A DNA stretch of 64,000 nt from Minisyncoccia bacterium. Its GTDB lineage: Bacteria; Patescibacteriota; Minisyncoccia; Phycocordibacterales; UBA918. Positions 36,967 through 47,583 of the stretch are shown here, piece by piece. The stretch lies in assembly GCA_964229335.1 (NCBI GenBank), contig CAXRCZ010000004.1, forward strand, positions 128,001-192,000. The letters are read 5' to 3'. Position 1 is the stretch's first letter. Each line of letters starts with the position of its first letter. A model generated the notes under the pieces. It worked only from the letters and a program-made list of their open reading frames with translations, had not been told where the DNA came from and made no database searches. A program made the translations under genes and the position numbers.

Positions 36967-37905
36967 ATGCAATTACTGTTTCCGGTTGTATTCCTTCTCA
37001 TCTCGCTCACTCTCTTGGTAAAGGGAGCGGATTGGTTTGTCGCTGGCGCCAAAAAAGTTGGTCTAGCCTTGGGTATGAGCTCATTCATTGTGGGGGTGCT
37101 GATTGTAGGGATTGGTACTTCGTTACCCGAGCTAGCCTCTTCTATTGCTGGGGTACTGAGTGGTGCGCCGACAATCGTGATAGCGAACGCTCTCGGATCA
37201 AATATCACTAATATTTTGCTGATTGTTGGGTTTATGGCCGCGGTCAGCGGACCGATTTTTATAAAACAAGATTTGATAAAGTCTGAACTTCCGATTTTTT
37301 TGATTGCTACCGTACACTTCGTAGTAGCTGTCTATGATGGCGTTATCGATCAGCTTGAAGGGGGATTGTTGGTCGGTACCTTCATCGCCTACCTATGGTA
37401 TCTCCACAGCCAAGCGAAAGAAGATAGAAAAACAGCCCAGAAGCCAACCGGAGACAGTGAATTCGCCAAAGCATTCTTTTTGTTATTTATAGGTATTGCC
37501 GCCGTGCTGGTGGGAGCACATTTCACTGTACAAAACGCCATCATGATTGCCACTAGTCTATCAGTCCCGATTGGTTTGGTGTCAATCGCGGCTATTGCTA
37601 TTGGTACTTCGCTTCCAGAATTGTTTGTCTCGGTGCAGGCCATCCGTAGTGGCGAAGCAGATTTGGCAGTAGGGAACATCTTTGGTTCCAATGCCTTTAA
37701 TATTTTGATGGTGGTGGGACTGCCAGCTCTTTGGGTGCCGCTGCCAGCTGATAGTGTTGTGATGGATGTTGGTCTTGCAATCTTTGTTGCCGCTTCAGTT
37801 ATCTTCTTTGTAAATGGTCTTTCTAGACAACTAATGCGCTGGGAGGGTGTGATGATGTTGCTTTTCTTTGGTTATTTCTTGGCAAAATTGGCGACACTAG
37901 TCTAA
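36967..37905 (+). CDS. Ca2+/Na+ antiporter (YrbG family)
   Basis: Two GTSLPE repeats; GSN motifs. Confidence 0.92.
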   Translation: MQLLFPVVFLLISLTLLVKGADWFVAGAKKVGLALGMSSFIVGVLIVGIGTSLPELASSIAGVLSGAPTIVIANALGSNITNILLIVGFMAAVSGPIFIKQDLIKSELPIFLIATVHFVVAVYDGVIDQLEGGLLVGTFIAYLWYLHSQAKEDRKTAQKPTGDSEFAKAFFLLFIGIAAVLVGAHFTVQNAIMIATSLSVPIGLVSIAAIAIGTSLPELFVSVQAIRSGEADLAVGNIFGSNAFNILMVVGLPALWVPLPADSVVMDVGLAIFVAASVIFFVNGLSRQLMRWEGVMMLLFFGYFLAKLATLV

Positions 37906-37908
37906 GTC

Positions 37909-38568
37909 ATGGCTGATATCGAAGAACTACTATTGATAGATAAGCCAGCTGGTATTACATCGATGGATGTAATCCGAAAGTTACGCAAGCAAATCGGAAT
38001 TAAAAAAATTGGTCACGCCGGTACCCTTGACCCACTAGCTACCGGGTTGATGTTGGTAGGGGTTGGGAAAGGAACCAAACAATTAGCACAGCTAGTGAAA
38101 CTTGATAAAGAGTATCTAGCAGAGGTTAGAATAGGTGAAAGTCGCACCACTAGCGACCTAGAAGGGGAAGTAGTTGAGGCAAAACTAGTTGAAGGTATTG
38201 AAGTTGCTCAAATTAAAAAGCAGCTAGCTGATATGGTTGGTACAATCACTTTGCCTGTGTCAGCTTATAGCGCCATCAAGGTAGATGGTGTTCCAATGTA
38301 CAAGCGAGCCAGGGCAGCCGAAAAGAAAGGTGAGATAGTCAACGAGGTGCCAGAACGAGAAATGGTTGTCCATGAAGCAGAGTTTTTTGGATACCAAGAA
38401 AGTGAGGGCATCGGTGTGATTACGGTCAGGTTTGCAGTCGGTAGTGGGACTTATATTCGCTCGCTAGCAGAAGAGTTGGGAAGGCGTCTGGGATATCCTG
38501 CCACACTCCAGAAGCTCCGCCGCACGAAGGTGGGAGATTTTGATATAAAAAATGCACGACCCATATAG
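37909..38568 (+). CDS. truB: tRNA pseudouridine(55) synthase
   Basis: GHAGTLDPLATG, YSAIK, GTYIRSL. Confidence 0.95.
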   Translation: MADIEELLLIDKPAGITSMDVIRKLRKQIGIKKIGHAGTLDPLATGLMLVGVGKGTKQLAQLVKLDKEYLAEVRIGESRTTSDLEGEVVEAKLVEGIEVAQIKKQLADMVGTITLPVSAYSAIKVDGVPMYKRARAAEKKGEIVNEVPEREMVVHEAEFFGYQESEGIGVITVRFAVGSGTYIRSLAEELGRRLGYPATLQKLRRTKVGDFDIKNARPI

Positions 38569-38609
38569 GTCGTGACTAACGTGGCGGCGTCAACCGGATT
38601 GTTGACGCC

Positions 38610-39134
38610 TTATAATTTTCCACTGAGTATTCGGTGTGCAATCTCTACAGATTTTCGCCTATGAAGCTCTATAATCATTGTATTTCTACAAGGACGACGT
38701 TCTACTTCAAAGCCACCTGTATCAATATAGCTACCATACAAGATGGTAGCAGACCGACTCAAGGTAATGGTGTGGTACAGACTGAAACCTTGTTGGTGAT
38801 CTTCAACAAAGATGCTCCAACCACCGTAATCGGCAGGTCTCTTCCTAGTCCGTTTTACCGCCTTAAAGTATTGCGAGAGTAATGCGTGGTAGCTACTTCT
38901 TCGTACTTTGTCCCGCACATGATGCATATCCAGTAAAAAAGAAACTTTTTTGGGATAGGTTTGGATACTGCGAGGGAATTTGTGCGTTCTCATGAGACGA
39001 ATGAGCTTACATAGAAGACTGTAGCAAAAAGGCGCTTCCTCAGTGCCAAACTCATTGTCTCGCTCCCAGCATAGTCGGCTGAGAATCGCTTCGTCAATGA
39101 AAAAATCACTGACGATGGGTGAGTGTACACTCAT
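38610..39134 (-). CDS. Hypothetical protein
   Basis: 174-aa ORF with AAGGA upstream; no family recognised. Confidence 0.5.
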   Translation of the reverse strand: MSVHSPIVSDFFIDEAILSRLCWERDNEFGTEEAPFCYSLLCKLIRLMRTHKFPRSIQTYPKKVSFLLDMHHVRDKVRRSSYHALLSQYFKAVKRTRKRPADYGGWSIFVEDHQQGFSLYHTITLSRSATILYGSYIDTGGFEVERRPCRNTMIIELHRRKSVEIAHRILSGKL

Positions 39135-39195
39135 GTCAATTTCCTTTCATCAACAGAACAACCTGCTATTTTATACAACTAAATATAATAATTAT

Positions 39196-39489
39196 CTAGT
39201 CTTCAGGATCTCCGCCACGTTGTCGTATCATCTCCAGGGCTTCTCTCTCCTTGAGACTCTTCTCATAATCTACTTCTTCTTCATGCGAGATTTTTCTTTC
39301 AGCTAGTAATGCGCCAATCTCACTTTGAATCCTTTTTACATCGGATTCGTTAGTTATCATTTCGTTACGCAACACTTGACGTATTGCTGCCGGTACACTG
39401 GGAGACTTCTTGTCTCGAAGGCGCTCCATTACTTCGTCAGCCCGAACTTCATTTTTACTCTTAGTATTTCCAAAGCTTTCAAAGCTCAT
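39196..39489 (-). CDS. Hypothetical protein
   Basis: Starts 1 nt after the YqeY stop codon; charged helical sequence. Confidence 0.6.
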   Translation of the reverse strand: MSFESFGNTKSKNEVRADEVMERLRDKKSPSVPAAIRQVLRNEMITNESDVKRIQSEIGALLAERKISHEEEVDYEKSLKEREALEMIRQRGGDPED

Positions 39490-39490
39490 A

Positions 39491-39943
39491 TTAAAATAAT
39501 GATTCTATTACTTCTTTAACATCGCCACCTTCAGCGCGGCCAGCGGTTTCTTTCATCACTGCTCCCATTAAGATACCCATCTTTGACTTGTCATCTATTC
39601 CCAATTCTTGCTTTTTAGCTTCAGCGATAGGCCGGATTTCTTCTTGGCTTAATGTTTGAGGTAAGTAGTCTTGCAAGATTTCGAGCTCGGCTTTCTCTGG
39701 TTCGGCTAGTTCTGGCCGATTGGCGGCTTCGTACTGGGTGATAGATTCTTTACGCTGTTTGGCGAGACGTTTGATGACAGAAAGTGCTTCATCATCAGAT
39801 AGCTCGTCTTGCGGAGTACGTTTGGTGGCGACTAATTCATTGGTAAAAGCGGTCAAAATATGGCGAATAGTGCGCAAGCGCACTTCTTGCTTGGCTTTCA
39901 TGGCTTCTTTGAGAGAAGCTCGTATCTTGGTGTGTAGTGACAT
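39491..39943 (-). CDS. GatB/YqeY domain protein
   Basis: LKEAMKAK, KQRKESI, YLP, MG..MG. Confidence 0.92.
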   Translation of the reverse strand: MSLHTKIRASLKEAMKAKQEVRLRTIRHILTAFTNELVATKRTPQDELSDDEALSVIKRLAKQRKESITQYEAANRPELAEPEKAELEILQDYLPQTLSQEEIRPIAEAKKQELGIDDKSKMGILMGAVMKETAGRAEGGDVKEVIESLF

Positions 39944-39972
39944 ATGAGTTATTTTAGCATGAGTGGTATCAT

Positions 39973-41055
39973 GTGGGTATTATGGAAAATATACTTGTAA
40001 TTCTGGTTGGTCTGTTGTTGTTGAGTAATGTGTTGGTGCTTTGGTGGTTACGGAGACCCAGTGATAAAAAAGACGTACCTTCAGATAGTTTTGTGTTGTT
40101 ACAACAACAACTACAAGACCTCTCTCGGACAGTAGATGCTAGATTAGGGGAGACAAACAAAGCCATGCAAGAGGGTGCTCGTTCGCAATTTCGGGAGAGT
40201 AAAGAATTGATGCAAGAAATTAACAAGGAAATGAACGAGCAATTGCGCAACGTAGTAAAAGGAGTGACCGAAGTAAGTGAAAGCAGCAAACAAGTTTTTA
40301 CAGTAGCTGATCAGCTCAAGGAACTGCAAGATATCTTAAAAAATCCCAAGCAACGTGGCGTGCTAGGGGAATATTATCTCGAAACCGTACTACAGAATGT
40401 GCTACCACCAAACAGCTTTCAGATGCAGTACGCTTTTCCAGATGGCGAGGTGGTGGATGCGGCTGTGTTTATCAAAGGCAAGGTGATTCCGGTGGATTCT
40501 AAGTTCTCGCTCGAGAACTACAACCGGTTTGCCGCGGCAGCCGACGGAGTGGAGAAAGTGCAATTTGAAAAAGCGTTCATTAATGACCTCAAACTCCGTA
40601 TTACTGAGACTGCAAAATATATTCGTCCAACAGAGAAGACTACTGATTTTGCCTTTATGTTTATTCCGCACGAAGGAATTTACTATGACTTACTCTCTAA
40701 TAAGGTAGGAGCTAGTGAAGATAACTTGATTCAACGAGCAGCTGGTAAGTACAAGGTGATTATTGTCTCACCGACTTCATTCCTAGCCTACCTCCAGACT
40801 GTTTTGCAGGGTCTTAAAGCGATGGAAATTGAAGAGCAAGCGCAGGATATTATTAAAAATGTCGACAAGCTATCGACTCATATCTCAAACTACGAGACGT
40901 ACTATCAGAAACTTGGTAAGACTCTAGAAACCACCGTCAATCACTATAACGCTGGCTACAAGGAGTTAAATAAGATAGACAAAGATATTACCAAGATAAC
41001 TGGCACCACAGCAGGGGTAGATATGCTCAGTATCGATCGTCCACAGCAGGAATAA
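39973..41055 (+). CDS. rmuC: DNA recombination protein RmuC
   Basis: RGVLGE, PVDSKF, FAFMFIP.EG, VSPTS. Confidence 0.92.
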   Translation: MGIMENILVILVGLLLLSNVLVLWWLRRPSDKKDVPSDSFVLLQQQLQDLSRTVDARLGETNKAMQEGARSQFRESKELMQEINKEMNEQLRNVVKGVTEVSESSKQVFTVADQLKELQDILKNPKQRGVLGEYYLETVLQNVLPPNSFQMQYAFPDGEVVDAAVFIKGKVIPVDSKFSLENYNRFAAAADGVEKVQFEKAFINDLKLRITETAKYIRPTEKTTDFAFMFIPHEGIYYDLLSNKVGASEDNLIQRAAGKYKVIIVSPTSFLAYLQTVLQGLKAMEIEEQAQDIIKNVDKLSTHISNYETYYQKLGKTLETTVNHYNAGYKELNKIDKDITKITGTTAGVDMLSIDRPQQE

Positions 41056-41091
41056 TTTAACCCCTCCCACTAAGCGCGGGAGGGGAATTGG

Positions 41092-41280
41092 TTAGGCGAC
41101 GTAGAGCGGACGCTCATTTGTCCCTGGGGCTGCGATTTCTACGTTGACGGTGCGTTTTCGTCCATCAATTTCGATTTCGAGCGTATCGCTGGTGTTGTAT
41201 TCTGAGGCTGGTCTCTCAAGATCGACATCGTGATCCTTGCAGTGACGACCAGACCGAAGGCATATGTGCGCTTTCGGCAT
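41092..41280 (-). CDS. Small hypothetical protein
   Basis: 62 aa from ATG 41280 with AAGGAG upstream; hairpin downstream. Confidence 0.45.
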   Translation of the reverse strand: MPKAHICLRSGRHCKDHDVDLERPASEYNTSDTLEIEIDGRKRTVNVEIAAPGTNERPLYVA

Positions 41281-41356
41281 ATCAGGCTCCTTTCCGTTCT
41301 TTAGAGTAGCAAAATGGTTGCAAAAAAGCCACAATCTTGTATGATAGCGCCCACAT

Positions 41357-41686
41357 ATGGCAACAGAAACTAAAACCACCCCATTTGCAGTAATTGCTAC
41401 TGGAGGCAAGCAATACGTCGTCCGCGAAGGCGATGTCTTAGCTGTAGAACTACTCGGTACTCATAAAGAGGGCGACAAAATTGAATTTGACCAAGTGCTA
41501 CTTACTGATGATGGTAAGAAGGCAACCATGGGTTCACCAACCACAGGAGGTAAGGTGACCGCAATGTACCTAGGAGAAAAGAAAGGTAAGAAGCTCACTA
41601 TTATCCGCTTCGAAGCCAAAAGTAACCGAGACCGTCGACTAGGCCACCGCCAAAAATACTCACAAATTAAAATTGAAAAAATTTAA
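41357..41686 (+). CDS. rplU: 50S ribosomal protein L21
   Basis: AVIATGGKQY, GHRQ. Confidence 0.96.
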   Translation: MATETKTTPFAVIATGGKQYVVREGDVLAVELLGTHKEGDKIEFDQVLLTDDGKKATMGSPTTGGKVTAMYLGEKKGKKLTIIRFEAKSNRDRRLGHRQKYSQIKIEKI

Positions 41687-41716
41687 CAAAAACTTCCCGC
41701 TAGGGAAGTTTTTGTT
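41685..41716 (+). terminator. Intrinsic terminator
   Basis: AACAAAAACTTCCC-GCTA-GGGAAGTTTTTGTT. Confidence 0.8.
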
Positions 41717-41729
41717 ATGATTGAGTTAT

Positions 41730-42077
41730 ATGGAGCAACCAAATTTTGAAACACCATTTTCTCACGAAGGTAATGATGTGCTAAAAGCCAGGATAGATAA
41801 TCTTAAAATAGCTTGTCTCAATGCGTACCGCTCTCTAAATCACATAACTGATAAAGCGGGTGTCCTTAAAACAGAAATTATGGATGGTTTGTCCGAACAG
41901 AGTGAAGATCCAGAAGCTGTTGAGGAGGTGAAGTTGTGGCACTATCTAATTAGTAGTACTAAAGAAGATTATTCAGCAAATCCAAAGGTTAAAGCTTACG
42001 TGGAAAGTAAAATTGAGGAATTTGTTCACAAACTAGAAGACGAGGTCGGAGTCAATGAGCTAGAGCCAGCTGAATAG
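41730..42077 (+). CDS. Hypothetical protein
   Basis: Acidic ORF filling the intergenic gap. Confidence 0.55.
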   Translation: MEQPNFETPFSHEGNDVLKARIDNLKIACLNAYRSLNHITDKAGVLKTEIMDGLSEQSEDPEAVEEVKLWHYLISSTKEDYSANPKVKAYVESKIEEFVHKLEDEVGVNELEPAE

Positions 42078-42079
42078 AT

Positions 42080-42691
42080 TTAGAAACGATTTTTTAATGC
42101 GTTCTTTAGCGTTTCAGCATCAGCATACTCAAGTTCGCTGCCGGTAGATAAACCGCGGCCGAGATGACTGATAATTAGATCGGTATTCTTTATTACAGGG
42201 TTTAGTAAAGATTCTACAAAACGGGCGGTATTCTCACCATCCGGGTTGATTGAGAAGCCGAGGATTATTTCTTTGAGGTCAGCTAATCTAGTCTCTACAG
42301 TAGCTTTAAGGGCACCGGCTCGGAGTTTTTCATTTGCGACATTATTGAGGAGCGGGGCAGTGCCACCGAGTACAAAATACAGTCCATCGTACATACCCGC
42401 TCGTTCAATGGCTTGAATATCTGAATCTCGCTCTACCACTAGTAGCTTGCTGTGGTCGCGATCAATTGAGGTACAAATTGAGCACATGTTGCCGCTGCTA
42501 GGAGTGGTGTAGAAACGATGGCAACTCTCGCACTCACTCACTGTCGTTTTGACTGTGGTGATGAGCTTGGCTAATTCTGTATTGTCGCTTTCACTTAGAT
42601 TGAGTACATGAAAAGCAAATCGTCGCGCTTGCCGAGCGCCAATCCCAGGAAATTTTTCAAAATACAAAATTAGTTTATCCAGCTCAGACAT
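42080..42691 (-). CDS. recR: Recombination mediator RecR
   Basis: PGIG, C4 zinc finger, Toprim, ELEYAD. Confidence 0.95.
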   Translation of the reverse strand: MSELDKLILYFEKFPGIGARQARRFAFHVLNLSESDNTELAKLITTVKTTVSECESCHRFYTTPSSGNMCSICTSIDRDHSKLLVVERDSDIQAIERAGMYDGLYFVLGGTAPLLNNVANEKLRAGALKATVETRLADLKEIILGFSINPDGENTARFVESLLNPVIKNTDLIISHLGRGLSTGSELEYADAETLKNALKNRF

Positions 42692-42699
42692 AGTGGGAA

Positions 42700-44079
42700 T
42701 TAGAAATCATCACCTCCGCCAGCCATACTGTGGTGAGTATCAAGGTTAAGGAAGCGGACGTGTTTTTCATCGAAGAATAGTTCAGCCATTCCAACCGGCC
42801 CGTTTCGGTGTTTTTCTACTAGAATTTCAGCTATATTTGGACGTTCGGCTTCTTTATCTTTGTTCATCTTGTCCTCACGGTGAATAAACATCACTACGTC
42901 GGCGTCCTGCTCGATAGAACCTGAGTCACGCAAGTCAGAGAGGCGAGGTTTACCGCCACGTTGTTCAACGGCGCGAGAGAGCTGTGAGAGGGCAATTACT
43001 GGTACCATCAGCTCACGAGCGAGAATCTTGAGAGAGCGAGAAATCTCAGTGACTTGTTGTACCATCGAGTCACTGTGTTTGGTGAGGGTAGGGGACATAA
43101 GCTGCAAGTAGTCGACGATAAGCATATCGAGTCCGTACTCATTTTTGAGGCGTCGTGCGGCAGAGCGCATCTTGACGATATTGAGGGCTGGTTCGTCGAT
43201 AATATGAATCGGTGCTTTGTGAAGCTTTGTCATAGCTGTTTGCAAAGCTTCATATTCAGTGTCGTTTGATAGGCGACCGGTGCGGAGCTTCCAAGAATCA
43301 ACTCCCGCTTCAGCGGCTAGCATACGATCAACCAACTGTTGGTCACTCATCTCTAGTGAAAATATCCCTACCGCCTTGTTATGAAGGAGTGCAGCGTTGC
43401 GGGCAAGGTCAAGGGCGAAGGTAGTTTTACCCATTGACGGTCGTGCCGCCAAAATCACCAGGTCAGATTCTTGGAAGCCAGACAGCAGGTTGTCTAGCGA
43501 AGTAAAGCCTGAAGGTACACCACGCTTCTCGTCTTGATTTTCTGTGAGGTGTTCAAAACGTTCCCACGCTTCGGTCAATGCAGTACCGATAGGTCGGAAT
43601 TTTTGGGCCGAAGGAGCTTGGGTGGCTTGGAATATTTTCTTTTCTGCCCGATCTAGCGCTTCGTCGACACTCTCAGGGTCAGAGTAGCCAATCTCCGCAA
43701 TATCATCAGCGGCATGAATGAGATTTCGCAACGTCGACTTATTTCCTACTTGTTCGGCATAGTACATCGCATTACCAGCCGCTGGAACAGTCTCGATTAG
43801 TTCTGTGACATAGGCACCACCACCAGCGCGATCGAGTTGGCCCATATCCTTTAGTTTGGTAATTACTGAAACCGTGTCTATCGGATCACCCTTGGAAAAG
43901 ATTTTTCCAATAGCTTCGTATATAAGTCGATGTTTGTCAGCGTAAAAACTTTCTGGGAAGACAGTCACTGCCACGTCATGCATGACGTCTGGTTTCAGAA
44001 TAATGGCACCCAATAATGCTTTCTCAGCATCAACGTTTTGTGGGGGTTTTCGTAGGTTTCGATTGGTCTCAGCAGCCAT
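42700..44079 (-). CDS. dnaB: Replicative DNA helicase
   Basis: AARPSMGKT, DYLQL, LSQLSR, LRDSGSIEQDAD. Confidence 0.97.
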   Translation of the reverse strand: MAAETNRNLRKPPQNVDAEKALLGAIILKPDVMHDVAVTVFPESFYADKHRLIYEAIGKIFSKGDPIDTVSVITKLKDMGQLDRAGGGAYVTELIETVPAAGNAMYYAEQVGNKSTLRNLIHAADDIAEIGYSDPESVDEALDRAEKKIFQATQAPSAQKFRPIGTALTEAWERFEHLTENQDEKRGVPSGFTSLDNLLSGFQESDLVILAARPSMGKTTFALDLARNAALLHNKAVGIFSLEMSDQQLVDRMLAAEAGVDSWKLRTGRLSNDTEYEALQTAMTKLHKAPIHIIDEPALNIVKMRSAARRLKNEYGLDMLIVDYLQLMSPTLTKHSDSMVQQVTEISRSLKILARELMVPVIALSQLSRAVEQRGGKPRLSDLRDSGSIEQDADVVMFIHREDKMNKDKEAERPNIAEILVEKHRNGPVGMAELFFDEKHVRFLNLDTHHSMAGGGDDF

Positions 44080-44177
44080 AAGTAACGCTTAGTGTAGCAC
44101 GATATCGGGATTGACCTTGATTGGGGAAAATGTTCAAAAATTGTGTATGAAGTGAGGAAAAACCTAGATGAATTTCG

Positions 44178-45635
44178 TTATTCCTTTTTCAATAATTTCG
44201 GGCCCGCGGCTGAATCTTCAATCTGGTAACCTTCTAGTTCGATAGCGTCACGCAGTCTATCTGCTTCGAGCCAGTTTTGCGCAGCCCTAGCCAACTCTCT
44301 TTGTTCAACTAAATCAGCTAGTTTTTTAGACACATCGTCAGAAGACATGACGCCAATTGATTGAGTTGTTTTGTCTGCTGGTTTGGTCAAGCCAATTTGC
44401 AGTACTTCATCCATTGCTAATAAGGTACCGCACTTGGTAGCAGCATCAAGTGAGTCGTCTTTTATAATCTCCCACATCAAGGCAATCGCGGCTGGGGTGT
44501 CGAGATCGTCTGCTAAAGATTCATCAAATCTTTCCAAATATGAGGTATCTGGCAAGGCTGATTTACTTTTAAATTCTTCGTGGAAGTGTCGTTTAAGTCT
44601 AAACAGCGCCTTTTTTGAGCCTTGCAAGGCTTCCCAAGAGAAATTAACTGGGCTGCGGTAGTGAGCAGTTAGAAGCCAGTAGCGATAATCCTCACCACTA
44701 AATCCACGATCTTTGAGGTGTCTTAGGGTAATACTGTTGCCAAGAGACTTAGAAATCTTGGTGTTGTCGATAGTGATAAACGCGCTATGTAACCAATAGT
44801 TAACAAATTTTTTACCAGTAGTAGCTTCGCTCTGGGCAATTTCAGCATTATGGTGTACTGGAATGAGATCAATGCCGCCAGTGTGTATATCGATTTGTTT
44901 ACCAAGTGTAGCCATGGCCATGGCTGAACACTCGATATGCCAACCGGGGAACCCGGTACCAAATCGGCTCGGCCAACCAAGGGAACTATTTTTCCAGACA
45001 GCAAAGTCAGCTGGATGATGTTTTTCTTGGTTTACTTCCACCCGAGCACCACTTTTAAGCTTATTAAGATCAATGTTTCCTAATCGACCATAAGAAGGGA
45101 ACTTGGTAATATCAAAATATACCCCATCGCTAGTCTCGTAGGTGTAGCCTCGCTCATCAAGGGTTTTGATTAGGCTGATTTGTTTTTTTACATACTCGCT
45201 AGCTCTCGCCCATGACGTGGGTTGAAGAACTAGTAGAGAAACCAAATCATCTTGAAAAGCAGTAATGTAGCGGTCTGAAAGTTGACGTAAGTTATTTAGT
45301 GAAAATTCTAATTTCTCTCGCTTTAGTCCTTTCATCATTTTGTCTTCACCAGCGTCACCATCGTCGTTAAGATGGCCAAAATCAGTCAAATTGATGGTGT
45401 GAGAGACATCGTAGCCATTGCGAATGAGAGTGCGCTTGAGAATATCTGCAAAGACATATGAGCGCAGGTTCCCTATATGGACGTAGTCGTAGACAGTTGG
45501 ACCACAAGAGTACATTTTGACTTTAGAGGGATGGAGAGAGTTGAATACCTCTAATGATTTAGTCTCAGTGTTATACAAGTGTATGTCGCGGTGAACTACA
45601 GGAGTTTTACCGCGCTGGAACCAGCTGCCAAACAT
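44178..45635 (-). CDS. cysS: Cysteine--tRNA ligase
   Basis: CGPTVY, HIGN, PGWHIECSAM, KISKS. Confidence 0.96.
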   Translation of the reverse strand: MFGSWFQRGKTPVVHRDIHLYNTETKSLEVFNSLHPSKVKMYSCGPTVYDYVHIGNLRSYVFADILKRTLIRNGYDVSHTINLTDFGHLNDDGDAGEDKMMKGLKREKLEFSLNNLRQLSDRYITAFQDDLVSLLVLQPTSWARASEYVKKQISLIKTLDERGYTYETSDGVYFDITKFPSYGRLGNIDLNKLKSGARVEVNQEKHHPADFAVWKNSSLGWPSRFGTGFPGWHIECSAMAMATLGKQIDIHTGGIDLIPVHHNAEIAQSEATTGKKFVNYWLHSAFITIDNTKISKSLGNSITLRHLKDRGFSGEDYRYWLLTAHYRSPVNFSWEALQGSKKALFRLKRHFHEEFKSKSALPDTSYLERFDESLADDLDTPAAIALMWEIIKDDSLDAATKCGTLLAMDEVLQIGLTKPADKTTQSIGVMSSDDVSKKLADLVEQRELARAAQNWLEADRLRDAIELEGYQIEDSAAGPKLLKKE

Positions 45636-45710
45636 GCCTTGAGTGTACCAGACTTATCATGACTCGGCGATACAACTTATACTTTGCGGCAGTACTGGGG
45701 GTGTGAGATA

Positions 45711-47045
45711 ATGCCTCGTATGAGATCAAATGAACGTTCTTTAGCTAGTGACAACACTGCAGCGCCAGCGTCGTCGCCAAATTGGCTATTGTATGTGTTG
45801 GCGATAGGACTAGCAGCCGGCGCATTTATGGTAGGAGTACAAGCTGGTCAAATGCAGTCAATTTCTCAACAAGAAGCCGGATTATTTAGCTGGTTATTTA
45901 ACCGCGCAGAGCGACCAGCTGAGGAAGCGGACCTGGGAGAATTTTGGCGAGTTTGGAACTTACTGGAAGAGAAATACGTCGCTGCTAGCAGCACTGACCC
46001 TTTAACTCCTGAGCAGAAGATTCAGGGTGCAATCGCTGGATTGGTAGATGCCTATAATGATCCATATACCGTATATCTACCACCAGCCGAGAGTGAGGTG
46101 TTTGAGGAGCAAATTTCTGGAAACTTTAGTGGAGTCGGTATGGAAGTGGGGTTGCGGGACGGACTGATTACGGTGATTGCACCGCTGCCTGATACTCCAG
46201 CCGCCAATGCAGGACTCATGCCCGGAGACGTGATTGTAAGAATAGACGATACTAGTACTGAAAGAATGCGAATTGATGAAGCAGTGCAGTTGATTCGTGG
46301 GGAGGAAGGAACTGATGTCACCTTTACTCTTTATCGAGAAGGGGAAACCGAGTTCAAGACTATTACCGTTACCCGTGACACTATCAACATCCCAACTGTA
46401 GAAACGGAGATTCGTGGTGACACCTTCATCCTTTCACTTTATAGCTTCAACGCTATTGCCGAAGAACGGGTAGAGGAAGCGATGCAAGAATACCTTTCGA
46501 GTGGAGCTGAGAACTTCATTCTTGATTTGCGTGGTAATCCAGGTGGATACTTGCAAAGCGCAGTTACAATTTCTGGTTACTTCCTACCGTCAGGAAAAAT
46601 TGTCGTTCGTGAACAAACTGGTGAAGGCGAAGAAATAGTATTTCGTAGTCCTGGTAGTCGCATCACCGACCGCTTCAACCCAGACAACTTTGTAGTGTTA
46701 GTCGATAACGGCTCTGCTTCTGCCTCAGAGATTTTGGCTGGAGCCCTCAAGGATCATCAGGTAGCGACTCTGATTGGAGTGTCGACCTTTGGAAAGGGCT
46801 CCGTGCAAGAACTAGTTTCTTTGCCCGGGGATGCTTCCTTGAAGGTAACAATTGCCCGCTGGCTTACTCCAAATGGCACTTCTATCTCTAATGGAGGCCT
46901 TTCTCCTGATATTAATTTCCCAATTAGCACCGAAGACCGTCAGTTGGGGAACGACACCCAGCTACAAGCCGCTCTCGATTTCTTGCAAGGAGAAGAAGTG
47001 GCTAGCGAGGACTTCCTTGAGCAATTTGAGCAAATTGGAAGTTAA
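45711..47045 (+). CDS. S41 carboxy-terminal processing protease (CtpA-like)
   Basis: PDZ domain; DLRGNPGG, SASASEI, FGKGSVQ. Confidence 0.93.
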   Translation: MPRMRSNERSLASDNTAAPASSPNWLLYVLAIGLAAGAFMVGVQAGQMQSISQQEAGLFSWLFNRAERPAEEADLGEFWRVWNLLEEKYVAASSTDPLTPEQKIQGAIAGLVDAYNDPYTVYLPPAESEVFEEQISGNFSGVGMEVGLRDGLITVIAPLPDTPAANAGLMPGDVIVRIDDTSTERMRIDEAVQLIRGEEGTDVTFTLYREGETEFKTITVTRDTINIPTVETEIRGDTFILSLYSFNAIAEERVEEAMQEYLSSGAENFILDLRGNPGGYLQSAVTISGYFLPSGKIVVREQTGEGEEIVFRSPGSRITDRFNPDNFVVLVDNGSASASEILAGALKDHQVATLIGVSTFGKGSVQELVSLPGDASLKVTIARWLTPNGTSISNGGLSPDINFPISTEDRQLGNDTQLQAALDFLQGEEVASEDFLEQFEQIGS

Positions 47046-47128
47046 CGGGTAATTTTGGTATGATACAACCAACAAACGGCGCTTTGTAAGCCGATTTGCA
47101 ACTTTAGTAGCAACCTAAATTGAATGAA

Positions 47129-47572
47129 ATGAAAGTTATATTGTTGAAAGACGTAGCCCGAATCGGAAAACGTAATCAAGTGGTAGAGGTACCAAATGGG
47201 TTTGCGATGAATCGATTGATTCCACAAAAAATGGCAGAGCCAGCGACCAAGGCAAACATGAAGAGAATCGCTGAGCAATCTGAGAAGAATGAGGCTGAAC
47301 GAGAAGCTGACAAAGAGCGTTTCCAAGAAGCGCTTACTTCACTCCAAGAATCTCCACTAGTACTAACGGCCGAGGCTAACGAAAAAGGTCACTTGTTTAA
47401 GGCGGTGAGCAAAGAAGAAATTGCTGAGGAGGCAAAGTCAAAAGGAATTGACTTACCAGTGTCCAGTATTCTCTTTAAAGATCCAATTAAGGACGTTGGA
47501 GAACATGAGTTATTATTGTCACGCGGTACTGAAACCGACACCATTGTTGTGACAGTAGAAGCAGCCAAATAA
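47129..47572 (+). CDS. rplI: 50S ribosomal protein L9
   Basis: MKVILLKDV..IG...VEVPNGFA.N.LIP. Confidence 0.95.
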   Translation: MKVILLKDVARIGKRNQVVEVPNGFAMNRLIPQKMAEPATKANMKRIAEQSEKNEAEREADKERFQEALTSLQESPLVLTAEANEKGHLFKAVSKEEIAEEAKSKGIDLPVSSILFKDPIKDVGEHELLLSRGTETDTIVVTVEAAK

Positions 47573-47583
47573 TCCTTATATAC